53,159 nucleotides of DNA from NCBI GenBank assembly GCA_002633005.1, contig NMRA01000223.1, positions 163,710 to 216,868 on the forward strand, read 5' to 3'. The notes below the pieces were generated by a model. That model was not told the origin of the DNA and did not search any database. It worked only from the letters and a program-made list of their open reading frames with translations. Made by a program: the position numbers and the translations under genes. The stretch comes from Phoronis australis. Its lineage: Eukaryota; Animalia; Phoronida. Below, piece by piece: positions 50,284 through 53,159 of this stretch (position 1 is its first letter; each line of letters opens with the position of its first letter).

Positions 50284-52420
50284 AAATTACCACATTAAGC
50301 CAAAATTCAATTGTTATAGAAAGAAAGTAGAACTGGAACATGTGCATAACGACATTGTAAAGTTGGAAGAGGATGGATTTTTTTCAAACAAATCCTGACA
50401 TCCGTGCCCAGCTAAGAGCGGAAGGCACTAAGTGTCGTAGTAATGATTGTCAACGCACTCTACCACGTCGTCTTACTGATGCTTCCAAACCTTTGAAAAA
50501 GAACAAAATATTGTAATTCGTCAAGCTGATACATGTGAGTTTAATCAATATGTAATTCTGGAGAGCAGTGATTATTTTGACAATTTTACCCAGTTAACAA
50601 GCGTTACCAGTAAGTTTGAGTCTGTTAGTGTAACGACCATACTTGATTTAAAAAGGGATCTCAACTGCCATAACAAGACGGTGAATAGAGAAGCCAGTGA
50701 GAAGATCTTTAATGAGATCGATGGTGATTTCTGTGAAGGATATTTTTATTGCAACCCTAATACGCCTAAATTTAATAATTCAATGAGACTTGTCATCTTT
50801 CAAGTATTAACACCTACATATTAAGTGTATAAAGTTATTGATCAGATTATAAAGCCGTTTATTCACAGTCAGTATAGTATCAAGTCACGTGATGATTTCC
50901 TTGATATTTTGCGTACAAGTGTACCTATTACTGGCTGCCAACCAATGTCACTGGATGCAGAGTCGTTATTCACCAATGTCCCAGTACCTGAAACCATAGA
51001 TATCATTATTTACAATGTCTATAATTATCAAAATTTGAAACCTCCCGAAATTCCTAAGGACATACTTAAAGAAATGCTATTAACTTATACTACGAAGGTG
51101 CTGTTTCGACATGTAAATGGTAAACTATTTTGCAGAAAGATGGTGTTACTATGGGTTCCCCACTAGGCCAAAGGTCACTGAATTTTATATGTCAGAAGTT
51201 GAAAAACGAGTTAAAACTAACAATGACCACATTCTTACATGTATGTATGTTCGATATGTTGATGATATTTTTGTCTATAGTAATTTTGATGAAATGGTAA
51301 TCGTTTAAGACTGTGCTTGAGGAACATTCAGTATTGAAATATCTGTGAATGATAATATACCTTTTCAAGATATACTGATATGTACTGTAACTCAGACACA
51401 AGATTCGTCACATCAGTTTATCACAAGCCTACTGACAAAGGTATTTTTCTCCATGTTGATAGTGAGAGTCCTGAGCGTTATAAGATAGCTGTTTTAGTCA
51501 ATCTCTTAAAGAGAGATCTCACTAATTTGTTAGACTGAAACCTGTTCATTAGTGAAGTCTAACATGTAAAACAACTTCTAATAAATAATGGTGACACAAA
51601 TTAATTTGTGGATAAGCATATTAACCAGTTTATCTCAAAAAATGAACAACATTATCATGTACAATCATTTACTGGTAATGTTAACAAACTGTTCTACAAA
51701 AACTGTGTGTCCAGAAGTTATGTACAAGATAAACAAGTCCTAAAGAACATAATCTATAATAATGTAAGAGTTGTTAGTCCTAATGACAAACTAGATGTAA
51801 TTATTTATTACAAGAATATGAAGACCTCTAATTTAGTGATGAGAAACAATATTAGTCTTGAGAAGGTCCGCAGTGTTGCTGGATGTAATGTTGTTCATGA
51901 GTTTACTTGTCCCTTGTTGGAATGTTTTTAGTCCTCATCAGAAACAAAATTACATTGGGCACACAGTTTGTTCCTTGTCACGACGACTGTCAATGCATAT
52001 ATAAAACCGTTTCATAAAAGACCATTTCAATACGTTCATGGTTCCAAGATAACTCGTCAGCAGATTGCCGTCAGTGCAGTCATTAGATACATTAAAAATG
52101 ATGTACACAGGTTACGAATATTAGAGTCGCATCCAATAATGTTTGAAAAGTCCAGTTTAAATGAGCAGCTACATGTAGCTGGAACTCGAAGGAGTCTATC
52201 GATATTTAGGTAGATTATGATGCACAGCAACGTATGTATAATTATGTTTTTATCGTCATAGTTGCGCATGCTAACTACACGTGTTATAACGAACTTCTGA
52301 TGTGCGTTTCACTGTGAACTAGTTATTTAAATACTAGCCTCAAGATGAGATATGTGTCTCGAAATATCGCTTTTTAAATTATGTTACCAAATGATGTCGT
52401 TTGGATTCTTATTCTTCTGT
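50284..52420 (+). mobile_element. Penelope-like retroelement (RT + GIY-YIG), decayed
   Basis: VIRQAD, SLDAESLFTNVPVPETI, DGVTMGSPLGP, YVRYVDDIF, HKPTD.G, LINNG, NVVHEFTCP..C...YIG, LRILES.....SLNEQ; hammerhead-like motif in the tail. Confidence 0.92.
52336..52371 (+). ncRNA. Minimal type I hammerhead-like motif in Penelope tail (variant core CUCAAGA)
   Basis: AGC-CTCAAGA-T-GAGAT atgt GTCTC-GAAATAT-C-GCT: stems I and II plus palindromic ATAT stem III. Confidence 0.65.
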
Positions 52421-52548
52421 TGTGATATTTAGACGAGATCTCTATTTAGATAGTTCAAAAGAACTGAAATTAAACTAGTAAAAACAGATCAAAGTCGTGT
52501 CTTCAATGAAATATGTATACGAGAAAGATCACTGCCAAATAATAGTGA

Positions 52549-52553
52549 TATAT

Positions 52554-52600
<47 letters not shown>

Positions 52601-52607
52601 ACATGTA

Positions 52608-52639
<32 letters not shown>

Positions 52640-52668
52640 TGTTAGGTGTATATGCAGCATTTCTATAA

Positions 52669-52705
<37 letters not shown>
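52549..52705. repeat. (TA)n, (TG)n and (CA)n microsatellite cluster
   Basis: Directly visible. Confidence 0.95.
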
Positions 52706-52706
<1 letters not shown>

Positions 52707-53159
52707 GAACATCAAAATTAACGTTTATATGAACAGTTCCTGCATCTCTAACTTAAAAAAACTTCCTTGAGTCGGTTTTGAATGAGTAAAAGTCTTGAAA
52801 ATTTGTCCTGCTATGTGAAATTCTGATCCAATTTTTGAAGTAAGTGTCTTCATAATATTGGAAAAAGTTCACTCTCGCTCTACACGCCTTTCAGCTACAC
52901 CGTTGAACACATACATATTGCGCGATTCTCGAGTCACACATCCGGAACACTGTTAACCCAAGTTCACTGTGATATATATTTATTGAAGGATACCCAGAAC
53001 ATACAAAGAAATAATAACAAACCCAGAAACCGCGAAGCATTATATCTGGGTTGTAAACAATTCATAAATGAAACTTATATACATAGAGGTATACACAATT
53101 AAGTAGTATCTAAAATAAGTATTCCAATACTTAGACATGCTATTACAGATATATAAAAA

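Overview
This is AT-rich, repeat-dense eukaryotic genomic DNA, probably from a marine invertebrate (inferred from the repeat families and the kringle exons). The only convincing host coding sequence is two paralogous 282-bp phase-1/phase-1 kringle-domain exons on + (7538-7819 and 14291-14572), each inside a duplicated intron+exon unit. The rest is mostly decayed mobile DNA: an AcademX-like DNA transposon, two Penelope-like elements, a THAP/P-like element with intact TIRs, RTE-X-like and Tx1/L1 LINE remnants, an EnSpm-like end with a DUF4806-like exon, MITEs and microsatellites. The most interesting object is a near full-length Hero-clade RLE retrotransposon on the minus strand (46344-50201) bounded by 176-bp direct repeats. 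Each repeat contains the hammerhead ribozyme core motifs (GUC, GAAA, CUGAAGA) in a permuted, pseudoknotted order with matching helices, which suggests self-cleavage to a unit-length, possibly circular, RNA. All calls come from reading the sequence by eye; no database searches or folding programs were run.
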